A stretch of DNA of 62,254 bases, counting the filler, from Candidatus Nanoarchaeia archaeon (lineage in GTDB: Archaea > Nanobdellota > Nanobdellia > Woesearchaeales > DATDTY01): the NCBI GenBank assembly GCA_035290625.1. It is 3 parts of 3 records of this genome, joined end to end, with 100 filler letters (N's around TTAATTAATTAA, not from the genome) between each part and the next. Parts side by side here need not be neighbours in the genome. Positions count along the whole stretch, not along the records: positions 1 to 21,729 come from DATDTY010000054.1; 2 more parts are not named here. One strand, 5' to 3'. The position numbers and the translations under genes are program-made. The notes beneath the pieces were generated by a model that was given only the letters and a program-made list of their open reading frames with translations, did not search any database and was not told the DNA's origin. Positions 1-9,323 of this stretch are shown in pieces; position 1 is the stretch's first letter; each line of letters opens with the position of its first letter.

Positions 1-102
1 GCGCCGAGCAGTTATTCAGCGACGGTAGGAGTGAATGATCTTGCCGTTTGTGAGGCCTATATCAAGAATCAGGAAGCACACCACAACGTGGTGTTCAGTT
101 AG
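1..102 (+). CDS. tnpA: 3' end of IS200/IS605-family Y1 (HUH) transposase TnpA, truncated by window start
   Basis: Frame 1 reads APSSYSATVGVNDLAVCEAYIKNQEAHHNVVFS*, matching the TnpA C-terminal pattern (Y..TVG......YI.NQ, catalytic Tyr); an IS200/605 hairpin follows. Confidence 0.8.
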   Translation, partial: APSSYSATVGVNDLAVCEAYIKNQEAHHNVVFS

Positions 103-141
103 CGCAGGAAGCCCCGCCCTTTAGGGCGGGGAGGAGGTCAC
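1..141 (+). mobile_element. Right end of an IS200/IS605-family insertion sequence
   Basis: Subterminal hairpin CCCCGCCCT-TT-AGGGCGGGG (112-131) followed by AGGAGGTCAC, ending in TCAC (138-141), directly after the tnpA stop. Confidence 0.8.
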
Positions 142-615
142 TTTATCATTCCGCCTTTTCTCTCTGGATTTTTCTGTTTTTGGGCTTAAATGACGTACTG
201 GATAAGGTACAAGAGAGTCCTCTATTCTGCCTTTCTCATCCTTCTCAGGAAAGAGAATCTTCCACATGTGCTTAATATCACGAATAAAGTCACTCTTACT
301 TTTGGGTGTCTTATAGGCACTGTGCATATAAGTCACTAGTTTGTCTATATCCTCCCTATCTAACCCCTTAAGGTTCTTTTCAGCGACATGGCAAACCATC
401 CTCCTGCTCTCTAGAAGCCTATTCCTTCTTACATAGCTTAAGTCCTTAGCCTCAAATTTGTTAAATAAGTGTCTAAAATAGACCAGATTCTCTTCGTTAT
501 TGCAGTAATATTTCCTTTTCCTGTCATTCTCACCTGGGGGGATTAAGAATTGCTTCAAATTTGCCTTAAATCTCTCATATTTACCCTTACTGTCGTATAT
601 ATCGTTTTCTGCCAT
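142..615 (-). pseudogene. N-terminal part of a probable tyrosine recombinase/integrase, interrupted by the IS
   Basis: Helical N-terminal domain (LDREDIDKLVTYM...KSKSDFIRDIKHMWK) resembling integrase core-binding domains; located just past a tRNA 3' end; ORF runs into the IS end before any catalytic domain. Confidence 0.5.
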
Positions 616-681
616 ATAGCGTGCCTCTCATCCCTCTGCCTTTTATAGGTTTGTTAAACACGCTTTCCATTAGAAATATAA

Positions 682-755
682 AGCGAGGGATGGGATTCGA
701 ACCCATGAATAATCGCTCTGCAGGCGATCCCCTTAGGCCGCTTGGGTACCCTCGC
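682..755 (-). tRNA. tRNA-Cys(GCA)
   Basis: Reverse complement folds as a cloverleaf GCGAGGG...CCCTCGC-U, anticodon loop CTGCAGA, T-loop GTTCGAATC. Confidence 0.95.
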
Positions 756-795
756 GCATATCCCAGAAAAAGAAGTGTGTTTAAATAAGTTGTTG

Positions 796-1647
796 TTAGT
801 CAGGAGCAGCTTCCTTCTCTCTTAATGATATCCCGGCAATAAGGATTAACGTTCCACCGATAATCATATCTATTGTGATTGCCTCTCTGAAGAAGACTGC
901 ACCAAAAATCAGCGCAGCGGGAACCTCCCAATAGGTGAACAGCGAGAAATGGTTCATGGGCAGCCTTTTCAGTGCAAAGAAAAATAATAGGAAAGCCGCA
1001 ATACCCACCAAAAAACCGTATATCGAGGCAATGATTGTCTGGGTAAGTGTCGGCAATGGCTCATTGATAAATATGAATGGCAAAAAAACTACTGCACCCA
1101 GAAGATTTTGGTAAAATATCGTCTCTGTTTTGGTGTAATTTTTTAACTCTTTTTTGAAAATAACTGCAGTGAGCGAGAAGATGATTGCAGACAAGAGCAT
1201 AGCTCCCATTCCGATGACATCCCTGTTCCCAAAGGTTATCTCTTTATTCAGATACATAATCATAATCCCAAGAAACGCTACGCCAATAAGCAGTGCTGTT
1301 CTTTTAGTTACCCTCTCCTTTAACAGCAGCATGCCAAACAATGTCGCAAAAATTGGCCATGTAAACAAGATGATGACCGCATTTCCAATGGAGGTATACA
1401 GGTATGCGACCATATAAAGAAACATTCTTGCGGCATTCAATGCAGACGCAACCAGCATGATCCAATAATTTCCATGAAAGACCCGTACTCTCTTCCATCC
1501 AAAATAACCTAAAAGGATCACCACAGGGACAAACACTCGAAAGAAGGTGATAGACGTTGAGGGAAGGTTCAGGAGCTTAATGAAAACGCCGCTTGATCCT
1601 CCGATTGTAGCGGCAAAAAATATTGCAAGATAAGGGTTCAAACTCAT
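796..1647 (-). CDS. EamA/DMT-family transporter
   Basis: 283 aa, about 10 TM helices in two EamA repeats, with TWPIFATLFG..LLKERV motif. Confidence 0.9.
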   Translation of the reverse strand: MSLNPYLAIFFAATIGGSSGVFIKLLNLPSTSITFFRVFVPVVILLGYFGWKRVRVFHGNYWIMLVASALNAARMFLYMVAYLYTSIGNAVIILFTWPIFATLFGMLLLKERVTKRTALLIGVAFLGIMIMYLNKEITFGNRDVIGMGAMLLSAIIFSLTAVIFKKELKNYTKTETIFYQNLLGAVVFLPFIFINEPLPTLTQTIIASIYGFLVGIAAFLLFFFALKRLPMNHFSLFTYWEVPAALIFGAVFFREAITIDMIIGGTLILIAGISLREKEAAPD

Positions 1648-1798
1648 ACCTCAGCACATTGCCGGGTTATTATATATATAAGTTTCTGGTATCCCGCCAT
1701 ACTGAGAACTTATCCTGAACCTTTGTTTAACCAGGCGAATTACCGCGTATGCCGAGCCTACCACAACCATTAAAAACCTCATCAGTTCCATCTCAGCC

Positions 1799-2179
1799 AT
1801 GGCCTCTGCATCAGAGCTTCAGAGAGGAGACTTCTTTCTTCTCAATGGAATCATCCTCCAGGTCACGCGAAGGGAAGTTGTTGCAGTAGGAACCCATTCG
1901 CATACAAAGCTCAAATTCTACGCCAAGAGCATCAAGGGAGGCGGAGAAAAGCAGTTTACCTTCAGCCATGGAGACAAAGTGGAGAAACTTGACATCCAGA
2001 AGAAGCACGCGACAGTCATTGCAAAGAACCCTGCAGGAGTGCAGATCATGGATCCTGTATCATTCGAGACCTTTGATGCTGCAGTTGATGAGTCCCTGGG
2101 AGAGCTCTCTGAGGGCGATGACATCATTTACTTCAGCTACAATAACGAGATAAAAATTCTTGAAAAGAGAAGGGAATGA
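1799..2179 (+). CDS. eif5A: Translation factor aIF5A/eIF5A homologue with atypical hypusine loop
   Basis: 126 aa; SELQRGDFFLLNG...H..K.K...G...VQIMDPVSFETFD pattern of aIF5A. Confidence 0.8.
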   Translation: MASASELQRGDFFLLNGIILQVTRREVVAVGTHSHTKLKFYAKSIKGGGEKQFTFSHGDKVEKLDIQKKHATVIAKNPAGVQIMDPVSFETFDAAVDESLGELSEGDDIIYFSYNNEIKILEKRRE

Positions 2180-2216
2180 GCATCCCTTGACTTTCCTAGT
2201 CCCTTTTGTCAATCTA

Positions 2217-2291
2217 CGGGCCAGGGAAGATTTGAACTCCCGACCTCCTGCTTAGAAGGCAGGCGCTCTGTCCAGACTGAGCTACTGGCCC
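2217..2291 (-). tRNA. tRNA-Arg(TCT)
   Basis: Reverse complement GGGCCAGTAGCTCAG...CTTCTAA anticodon loop...GTTCAAATC...CTGGCCCG. Confidence 0.95.
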
Positions 2292-2337
2292 ATATCCTCA
2301 AAGGTTCATAGGAGCTTTATAAATGTTTCAAAAACAT

Positions 2338-3177
2338 TCACTTCTTAGAAATCCTCTTTGCGGATTCAACCTCATTAAGATAATTCTCAGAGCTAACGAC
2401 CTTCTCCCCGCTCCTCTTCTCCAGCTCCCTTCTTGCTACCCCTGCTACGGTCCCGCCCTCTTTTGCAGCGGCTTTATTCTGATCAAATCCAAACACCTCC
2501 TTCCTCTTGGCTATTTTCGTTGCAGAGGCTTCGCCGAGCATACTAAAAATCAGTTCCAGATCGTTCATATGGTCTCTCAGGTTTTCTCTCTTTAAGCCTT
2601 TGAATTTCTTATATCTGTTAGGAGTCAAGCCAAAGGTCGCTTTAGAAATCTCAGACGTTAGTATGGAATATTCCTTATTTGTCTTAACACCCCTTTTGTC
2701 CCATTCATGCGTGAGTTCATCCCGTATTGCAGTCCCCCTAACCCGCTTTTCTATCCAGTCATCTGAATACCCTTTTGCTTTGTATATTGCCCTCATCCGC
2801 TTTTGAGCGAGTTCTGGATTCTCTATTTCTTGAATGCGCTCATAGCCGACCTTAGCCAGCCATTGCTTGAAAGGCTCTGCCTTTTTAGAAGGGATTGATT
2901 GTATTATCCTGAACATGGATTCTGTATTTGCGCAGTCAGTTGCATAATACTTACCATCCTCTGAAGGCAATTTCAGTTGTCGACAAATTGTCGATAACTC
3001 AATACCCTGCTCTGCCTCTCGTTTTTTAAGCTGATACCAGTAATCCTTAGCATCTTTGCTATCCGTCAACGCAAAGACTACATCAACCACTGAGAAGTGC
3101 CACTCATTATTATGCCACACTCTTCGTATATTCTTGCCTTGGAATACTACTAACGCCTTTTCTGCGTCCATTCGCAC
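2338..3177 (-). CDS. Bro-N domain (phage antirepressor-like) protein
   Basis: IRRVW..EWHFSVVDVV, QLKL...DGK.Y.TD, RIIQSIPS.KAEPFKQWLA, ENLRDHM.DLELIF motifs. Confidence 0.85.
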   Translation of the reverse strand: MRMDAEKALVVFQGKNIRRVWHNNEWHFSVVDVVFALTDSKDAKDYWYQLKKREAEQGIELSTICRQLKLPSEDGKYYATDCANTESMFRIIQSIPSKKAEPFKQWLAKVGYERIQEIENPELAQKRMRAIYKAKGYSDDWIEKRVRGTAIRDELTHEWDKRGVKTNKEYSILTSEISKATFGLTPNRYKKFKGLKRENLRDHMNDLELIFSMLGEASATKIAKRKEVFGFDQNKAAAKEGGTVAGVARRELEKRSGEKVVSSENYLNEVESAKRISKK

Positions 3178-3240
3178 AGGGTAGATTCATCCCTTTATAT
3201 ACTTCACGCGAGGTTGTCCAGTGATGAGTGAGAGAACGGC

Positions 3241-4344
3241 CTATGGCAGCCAGGTTTCAGGCTTCTTAATCTTCTCAGGAAGGTATTTCTCAATAACATA
3301 GTTCAGCCCCCATTTTGCAAGCGACTGCTGCTCTGACCTTACTTTCATCTGGCTCAGCTGGTTAAGGGCCTTCTGCCATTCTTTATGGTGTTTTGCAAAC
3401 GGATCGTTCTTAATCACGTCTTTTATCTTCTTGAAATCAACCTCCTTGAGAGGATGCGTTGGCAGTTTATAGTCAATAATATCCTGCGGAGTCACTCCCA
3501 GAAACTTTGCGCTGGGAACGCAGAAGTACTCATTGATATGTGCTGCATTTCCTGAGCCTACTTTCAGTGTCCTGTAGATTGAGAAGAATCCGTAAGGATC
3601 ACAGTCGGTAAACACATAGACAGGAAGCTTTTTTGCATCGCTCAGCCTGCGGATAAACCTGCGCAATGCCCGTGTCGGAACCCCTCCCATCGAAATAAGG
3701 ATGCAGTTCGCATTCTTCCAGTAATTGTGCTTTACAAGCCTCTGGAACATACCTGCAGTCTCAATCGCCAGGATAAACTTTGCATCAGTCTCAAACTTCA
3801 GGTGTTCGACCGAGATAGGGATGGAATACGCGCCTGATCCGAACTTGGTGCAGTCAATCCTGAGATCTTTCCCTGTATCCGGATCCTTGTCAACCACGAT
3901 CAGCTTTCCTGCAATCTCCCCTCCCTTCTCTTCAGGGATGAATCCGATCTGCTCCCTGTTGACTTGCATCATCGCCTCAATATCCTCCATCACCATATCG
4001 GATTCCGGCTGCTCGCTGAACGCAGCCTCAGCCCAGTTCTTTGAGATGTAATACATCTCTCGCTTGGTCGTGATGTCATCTGTCTGGACGATTGTCTTCG
4101 CATGCGCCATCATCCTGAGAGTCTGCGCAAAGGTCTTTATCGTGGATGCAGTCAGGGTCCTGCTTTTCATCTTCCCAAGAAGCTCAAAATATCCTTCTTT
4201 TGGGTCATACTTGACATTGGTCAGTGCGCGAAGCGGCATCTCAAGCTGGGGAAGCTGCTTCTTCAGGATCTTTTTGTAGACATTCTCAGTTGCGATCTTC
4301 TCGATCTCCTCTGCAACATTTTTACTGGTCTTCATCATCCTCAC
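3241..4344 (-). CDS. top6A: DNA topoisomerase VI subunit A
   Basis: TKREMYY (catalytic Tyr), IETAGMF, GVPTRA, FTDCDPYG TOPRIM motifs. Confidence 0.97.
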   Translation of the reverse strand: MRMMKTSKNVAEEIEKIATENVYKKILKKQLPQLEMPLRALTNVKYDPKEGYFELLGKMKSRTLTASTIKTFAQTLRMMAHAKTIVQTDDITTKREMYYISKNWAEAAFSEQPESDMVMEDIEAMMQVNREQIGFIPEEKGGEIAGKLIVVDKDPDTGKDLRIDCTKFGSGAYSIPISVEHLKFETDAKFILAIETAGMFQRLVKHNYWKNANCILISMGGVPTRALRRFIRRLSDAKKLPVYVFTDCDPYGFFSIYRTLKVGSGNAAHINEYFCVPSAKFLGVTPQDIIDYKLPTHPLKEVDFKKIKDVIKNDPFAKHHKEWQKALNQLSQMKVRSEQQSLAKWGLNYVIEKYLPEKIKKPETWLP

Positions 4345-5953
4345 CTGAGCCTATCTTCGCGAATTCCTCGTCATACTCGGGATTCTCCATCTCGACCTTT
4401 TCCAACTCCCCCCTTTTGCTCTCAAGAATCGTAGCCAAGAGCTCCTCAACCTTCTTTTCTTCATCCTGCTTGAGCCCAATCAGTTCCTTCAGCGCCTCTC
4501 CAACATGCGGGATGAACATCCTGATATAATCCCGTTTCTTGCCCTCGAACTGCACCCTTCTCTTCTTGCTCACATAGCTTGCCAGATTTCTTCCGACCTC
4601 CTGGAGAGCAAGCTTTACTTCCTTTACAATCTCAGGATAATGGGCAATAGCCTCCTTTGACTCTGATGTGAAAGGCACCCACACCGAAGCAAGGTGCACA
4701 ACTAAGGTGACTGGGCCTATCGGCAAAGCTCCCCTGCTCTGGTTCAATCCATAATCTTTCCATGCAGTGCTGATAACAGATTTGGTGATGGCGCAGGCTC
4801 CCTGCTGGTACAGCAAAGGAACCCTGTTTGCAAGCCGCAGGAGCCGGACAGTGTCCTCAGCTCCCTGAGATCCGCCATAGGCGATGCCTGCCTCCACAAC
4901 AAAAGGGTTTCCCCTGTATACTGATGGCCGCCTTGATGCTGTTGCATAAAATTCAGCATTAACCTCTTTCCTTAATCCTTTCTCGAGCTGCTCTGCTCCG
5001 ATGGGAGAGATGCAGTCAGTTGGAGGCGCAATGAGCTTTGTCTTCTTGATGCCTTCCATGAGCTTCTCAACCATCTCCCTGCTCATCTCACCGGGCTTTG
5101 TGTTCGGCAGCAGCGAAGCATTCTCGCAGATCTGCTTTGCAGTCCCAGATCCAACCCTGGAGAACTCTGAGCTGAGGAACAACTGCAACGTCCTGCTTTC
5201 CGTATCCTTCAGCATCTTCTGCATAATCCCAAGCTCAATCCCATAGGGATGAGGCTTGATCTCTGCTGGCATGGGGGGAAGCGTGCTGACAGCTCGGGGA
5301 AATATGATCTGCTGGGCTTTCGGATTTGTATACACAATCGTGACATGCGGATTCGCAATAGCAGTCTCCTTCAGATACTCATCCACAGACTGGGTTCCGC
5401 TTACATAATCCCCTTCAAGCTCAAGCTCAATCCTGACTCCATGCTCCTTCTCCCAGCTCCTTGTTTCATCCTTGACAATCTCCGGAGCATTGTGCTGGGT
5501 GTCGATATGGAGCTCATAGTAATGGCAAGGCTCATTTTTCCCTGTTTTTGACAGAATCTTTGCAGGCTTTCCTGTCGTGAGCTGGGCATAAAGGACAGAC
5601 GCGCTGATCCCGATGCCCTGCTGGCCTCTCGACTGGCTTAGTTTAAAGAACTTGCTTCCATACAGGAGCTTGGCAAATATCTTCGGAATCTGGGCTTTCA
5701 CAATCCCCGGCCCGTTATCCTCAACAATGACCCGGTAGCGGTCATTCCCCATATCAATAACCTCAATAGAGACTTCAGGGAGAATCCTTGCTTCCTCGCA
5801 GGCATCGAGCGAATTATCCACAGCCTCCTTAATAGTGGTCATCAAGGCTTTTCTCTTGTTGTCAAATCCGAGCAGATGCCGGTTCTTCTCAAAGAATTGG
5901 GATATGGAAATCTCTCTCTGCTTTAATGCCATCTCCTGGGCTGCGCTTGCCAT
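4322..5953 (-). CDS. top6B: DNA topoisomerase VI subunit B
   Basis: KEAVDNSLDACEE, EDNGPGI, QSRGQQGIGIS GHKL motifs, ANRVPLLY. Confidence 0.98.
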   Translation of the reverse strand: MASAAQEMALKQREISISQFFEKNRHLLGFDNKRKALMTTIKEAVDNSLDACEEARILPEVSIEVIDMGNDRYRVIVEDNGPGIVKAQIPKIFAKLLYGSKFFKLSQSRGQQGIGISASVLYAQLTTGKPAKILSKTGKNEPCHYYELHIDTQHNAPEIVKDETRSWEKEHGVRIELELEGDYVSGTQSVDEYLKETAIANPHVTIVYTNPKAQQIIFPRAVSTLPPMPAEIKPHPYGIELGIMQKMLKDTESRTLQLFLSSEFSRVGSGTAKQICENASLLPNTKPGEMSREMVEKLMEGIKKTKLIAPPTDCISPIGAEQLEKGLRKEVNAEFYATASRRPSVYRGNPFVVEAGIAYGGSQGAEDTVRLLRLANRVPLLYQQGACAITKSVISTAWKDYGLNQSRGALPIGPVTLVVHLASVWVPFTSESKEAIAHYPEIVKEVKLALQEVGRNLASYVSKKRRVQFEGKKRDYIRMFIPHVGEALKELIGLKQDEEKKVEELLATILESKRGELEKVEMENPEYDEEFAKIGSGEDDEDQ

Positions 5954-6046
5954 AGGTAGAACACTTCACGATTTGTTTAAAAATGTTTAGGTTATGAGGC
6001 CGGAATCTTTCTCTGCTTGGGGGCATAATTGAGAACTTTTCCATTA

Positions 6047-6097
6047 ATCCCGGTAAGACATCCCGGTAAGACTTACACACTCCAGGAATCCCGGTAA
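6047..6097. repeat. Short direct repeats ATCCCGGTAA(GAC) x3
   Basis: Copies at 6047-6059, 6060-6072 and 6088-6097, upstream of top6B. Confidence 0.7.
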
Positions 6098-6117
6098 CCT
6101 ATCAAAAGCAATACTGA

Positions 6118-8625
6118 TCAGCTGATGATATACGTCACAACAACAGCCCTGCTCCATACGCCATCAAGACCTTTGATAGCCATGCGCAGCTCATACTCGC
6201 CAGGCTGGTTGAATTTAATCACAGGGCCGTCATTACTCCATGCGTCAAACCAGATTGGGCCTATTATCTGCCCTGCAGTGTTCGTTGCCTGCTTCACCTT
6301 GCTTTGATCTCCTCTTACATTTTCCGCTGACCCAAGAGGCGCCAACCTAAAAACACCCTCAGCATTCCTCTTGAAAACAGCAACTCGAGTTCCAGCGATC
6401 CTTCTTTCATCAGCAGCCCTCAAGGTTATCGGAGGGGTCATATACCCTGCGGATCCGGTAACCCTGGCTCCATTCACAAGAGACGTTAACTGGGCAATAA
6501 GCGGCAAAGTCTGCTCAATCTGTTGCGACTGCGCTCCGCTCTGCTCCACAATCACTATTAGCCTTGATACAGCAGATTCTCTCCCGTCCGATGCTCTGAT
6601 CTCAACGTCTTCATATCTCCCGGCACTTGACGGAGTCCAGGAAAATTCTCCTGTAGCAGAATTAAGAGTCGCCCCAGGAAGGCCAACCAGAGCATAAGAG
6701 AGGGTGTCACCGTCAGCATCAAAAGCGCTGATGCTAAATGTCCTTGGCTGGTTTGCTCTGAAAAAAAGCGGGCTTGAAATAGCCTGTTGGCCGTTCATTG
6801 CTGTTCCGAGGAATAGAGGCGGGCTGTTGACAATAACTGAGAATCTGGCAGGATCGCTCCAGTGGACCGGAGTTGAGGCAGGCGCGTTAAGCGGTGTGTC
6901 TCTGGCCCAGAAGCGGACTTCATAACGTCCTGGCCCTCTGAACTGAAGGTTGGGGGATCGGTCAAACCATACGGTTTTAGGCGTTTGTGTAGTTGTAGTT
7001 GCCTGCCTGATTCTCTCATTAAGGTTTATAACATCTCTTGGATCTGCCGGAGTGTTTCCTGATGTAAACACAGCCCAGCGGTATCCTTTTGCTGCATCAG
7101 CTGGCTCGCTCCTTCCATGTACAGTAATGCCATCGTTTCTTTGAATCCTTACAGTTCTGCCGTCCCGGTGCGATGTGATGATTGCTCTTAGAGGCTGGCT
7201 TGCAGGAGATATCACTCCTTCTATACTTCCATCTTCCGTATCTTGTGAGGCAGGCGCGGCAATTGCAGCTTCCTCAACAACAATACTGATGCTTTTTGAG
7301 GCAGTATCCCTTCCGTCAAAAGCTCGTATCTCTACACTATATGTCCCTGTGTTTGACGGAGTCCAGGAAAATTCTCCTGTACTTCGATCAATCCTTGCAT
7401 TTTCAGGGCCTGAGATTCCGTAGGTAACCACGTCATTATCCGGATCGCTGGCGCTTATTGTAAATGTAATCTGGGCGTTCGGTCTGCCTGAAATCTGGCC
7501 GTGAACAGCTTCCCTCCCATTGAATGATCTCTCATTGAACTCAGGAGCTGCATTTGAAAACACCGGAGGATTTTCACTTGTGTACTCTGCTGTTACCCTG
7601 TTGCTGGCCTCTACATAGAATAGTGCAGGCTCGCTCCATACTTCATTTGCATCCTTCACTGAAAATCTGACCTCATAGCTGCCAGCCCGCCTGAAGATTA
7701 GCGTAGGCCTGTAATCAAACCATACCGGCAGCGGAGTTCCATCGCTGACTTGCTGCATTGCTGAACTGAGGGCTCCTACATCCCGCAGGCTTGCGCGGCC
7801 TCCTCCTCGGTTAAAGATTTCCCAGCGATAGCCTCTTACTGCATCCAAAGGCTCGCCTCTTCCCTGCACGATAAACGCAGTTCCGGCAAACACAGTTACA
7901 GTACTCCTTTCAGCATGGGAGATAAGGCTCGCACGTAGTTCCTGGCTTGGAGTCTGCCGCGACATCTCCTCCGTTGCAGCAGCTTGCGGTGGCTTTTCCC
8001 CGCAGCACTTCCTCGTTGAAAGCGCTCCGCAGCTGTACTGGTATTCATACTCATTGGAAGTGCACGCTGTCGAACTGCACCGGTATGCAAGATTCCTGGT
8101 AATGCCTTGCCGCTCGCATTCAGTTATTGCCTCCTGGATATTAAGAGAAGCCACACTGATCAGTTTCTGGTTTACCTGAGTGGAGGTTGGAACCAGAGCA
8201 AAGCCATAACGGTTTGCTATCCGCGTTACATCTATGCTATAGGCAGCAGGAGAATTACGATCAAGAGTTGCAGTTACTTTATCGCTCCCAAAGGGTATAA
8301 ACGGTTTGATAGTATCCGCTGTAAGCCTGCTTGGCCTTCCTGTCAAAGGATAGATATCAACACCCATTGGACTACCAGAGAAAACATCAATGACTCTGAG
8401 TTCAAGAGAAATCCTGTTGAACTCAGGAATCTGGTCAAAGAACACCAAGCCAATGCATCTTTTTCCCTGACCATTCATGCAGAGATTGGCATTATTAGTC
8501 CGGGTGAACTCTGACTGAGGGCTTGCCTCAAAGACATATGCAAGCGTTGCCTGCTCTTCAGCTGCTAGAACATGCGCAGCCAGCACCAAAAAGAAGATAG
8601 CATATATTCCGATTTTTGTTTTCAT
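6118..8625 (-). CDS. Secreted/surface protein with Cys-rich N-terminal module and Ig-like (He_PIG/cadherin-like) repeats
   Basis: Signal peptide; two ASD.D.D...Y...TGEFSWTPS..G.Y..VEIRA.DGR Ig repeats alternating with three WFD...G.YE(V/L)R repeats. Confidence 0.75.
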   Translation of the reverse strand: MKTKIGIYAIFFLVLAAHVLAAEEQATLAYVFEASPQSEFTRTNNANLCMNGQGKRCIGLVFFDQIPEFNRISLELRVIDVFSGSPMGVDIYPLTGRPSRLTADTIKPFIPFGSDKVTATLDRNSPAAYSIDVTRIANRYGFALVPTSTQVNQKLISVASLNIQEAITECERQGITRNLAYRCSSTACTSNEYEYQYSCGALSTRKCCGEKPPQAAATEEMSRQTPSQELRASLISHAERSTVTVFAGTAFIVQGRGEPLDAVRGYRWEIFNRGGGRASLRDVGALSSAMQQVSDGTPLPVWFDYRPTLIFRRAGSYEVRFSVKDANEVWSEPALFYVEASNRVTAEYTSENPPVFSNAAPEFNERSFNGREAVHGQISGRPNAQITFTISASDPDNDVVTYGISGPENARIDRSTGEFSWTPSNTGTYSVEIRAFDGRDTASKSISIVVEEAAIAAPASQDTEDGSIEGVISPASQPLRAIITSHRDGRTVRIQRNDGITVHGRSEPADAAKGYRWAVFTSGNTPADPRDVINLNERIRQATTTTQTPKTVWFDRSPNLQFRGPGRYEVRFWARDTPLNAPASTPVHWSDPARFSVIVNSPPLFLGTAMNGQQAISSPLFFRANQPRTFSISAFDADGDTLSYALVGLPGATLNSATGEFSWTPSSAGRYEDVEIRASDGRESAVSRLIVIVEQSGAQSQQIEQTLPLIAQLTSLVNGARVTGSAGYMTPPITLRAADERRIAGTRVAVFKRNAEGVFRLAPLGSAENVRGDQSKVKQATNTAGQIIGPIWFDAWSNDGPVIKFNQPGEYELRMAIKGLDGVWSRAVVVTYIIS

Positions 8626-8627
8626 CC

Positions 8628-9176
8628 TTAAATCACCTCAACAGTTAGATGGACTTGGTTATACTCGGTAGATTCAACGATGTTACAAGTCTGTGCTCCT
8701 CTACTATCAACTGGCGTGCATATCTCCATCTGCACAACACACGTTCCTTTATCCATTGCTGCTCCAGGCTCTATTGTTACAGGCGAAACAAAAACTTCTT
8801 TTGGAGGAATTGTGATAACAGAGTTATAAGACCCAATCCTTAAATCATCGCAAGCATTGGCCCCAATAGAACTCTTCTCATTGCTCTTTATCAGATAGCC
8901 TATAGGTGCATCACCCTTATTCTGAAACCCTAGCCAAACCTGCTCCTTCTCTCCAGCCTTAACCTTAATCACAGGCCTGTTAAACTCGATATTCTTTCCA
9001 GACTCCTTTATCTGCTCCAGAACCTCTTTTTCTACAGCATCAGATGCCCTTTCAAACTGCTTCTCCCCCGAGCTAAAAAGATTCCTCATGAATCCCAGTC
9101 CCAGGCCAAGCATCGTAATAGCCAATATCAAAACAACAATAGCATTGATTGACAGTTGCAGGGATGCTTTTTTCAT
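8628..9176 (-). CDS. Archaeal type IV pilin-like protein (class III signal peptide)
   Basis: MKKA/SLQLSINAIVVLILAITMLGLGLGF N-terminus. Confidence 0.7.
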   Translation of the reverse strand: MKKASLQLSINAIVVLILAITMLGLGLGFMRNLFSSGEKQFERASDAVEKEVLEQIKESGKNIEFNRPVIKVKAGEKEQVWLGFQNKGDAPIGYLIKSNEKSSIGANACDDLRIGSYNSVITIPPKEVFVSPVTIEPGAAMDKGTCVVQMEICTPVDSRGAQTCNIVESTEYNQVHLTVEVI

Positions 9177-9282
9177 CGGTTTCGCTGATTTGGTAAAAGG
9201 CGCATCAACCCTCCATTTTTAGAGTATTTAAACATTTAGATTCTAAAAGCAAGCATAATAACCACTCCTTAGTAACGAAACA

Positions 9283-9290
9283 TTTATAAA
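9283..9290 (+). promoter_or_regulatory. Putative archaeal TATA box
   Basis: TTTATAAA preceded by purine-rich CGAAA, about 35 nt upstream of ATG 9324; the same motif recurs at 20168, 43381 and 61464. Confidence 0.5.
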
Positions 9291-9323
9291 GGGGTAGTTC
9301 CTACCAGCTCTGGAGAATCAGCC

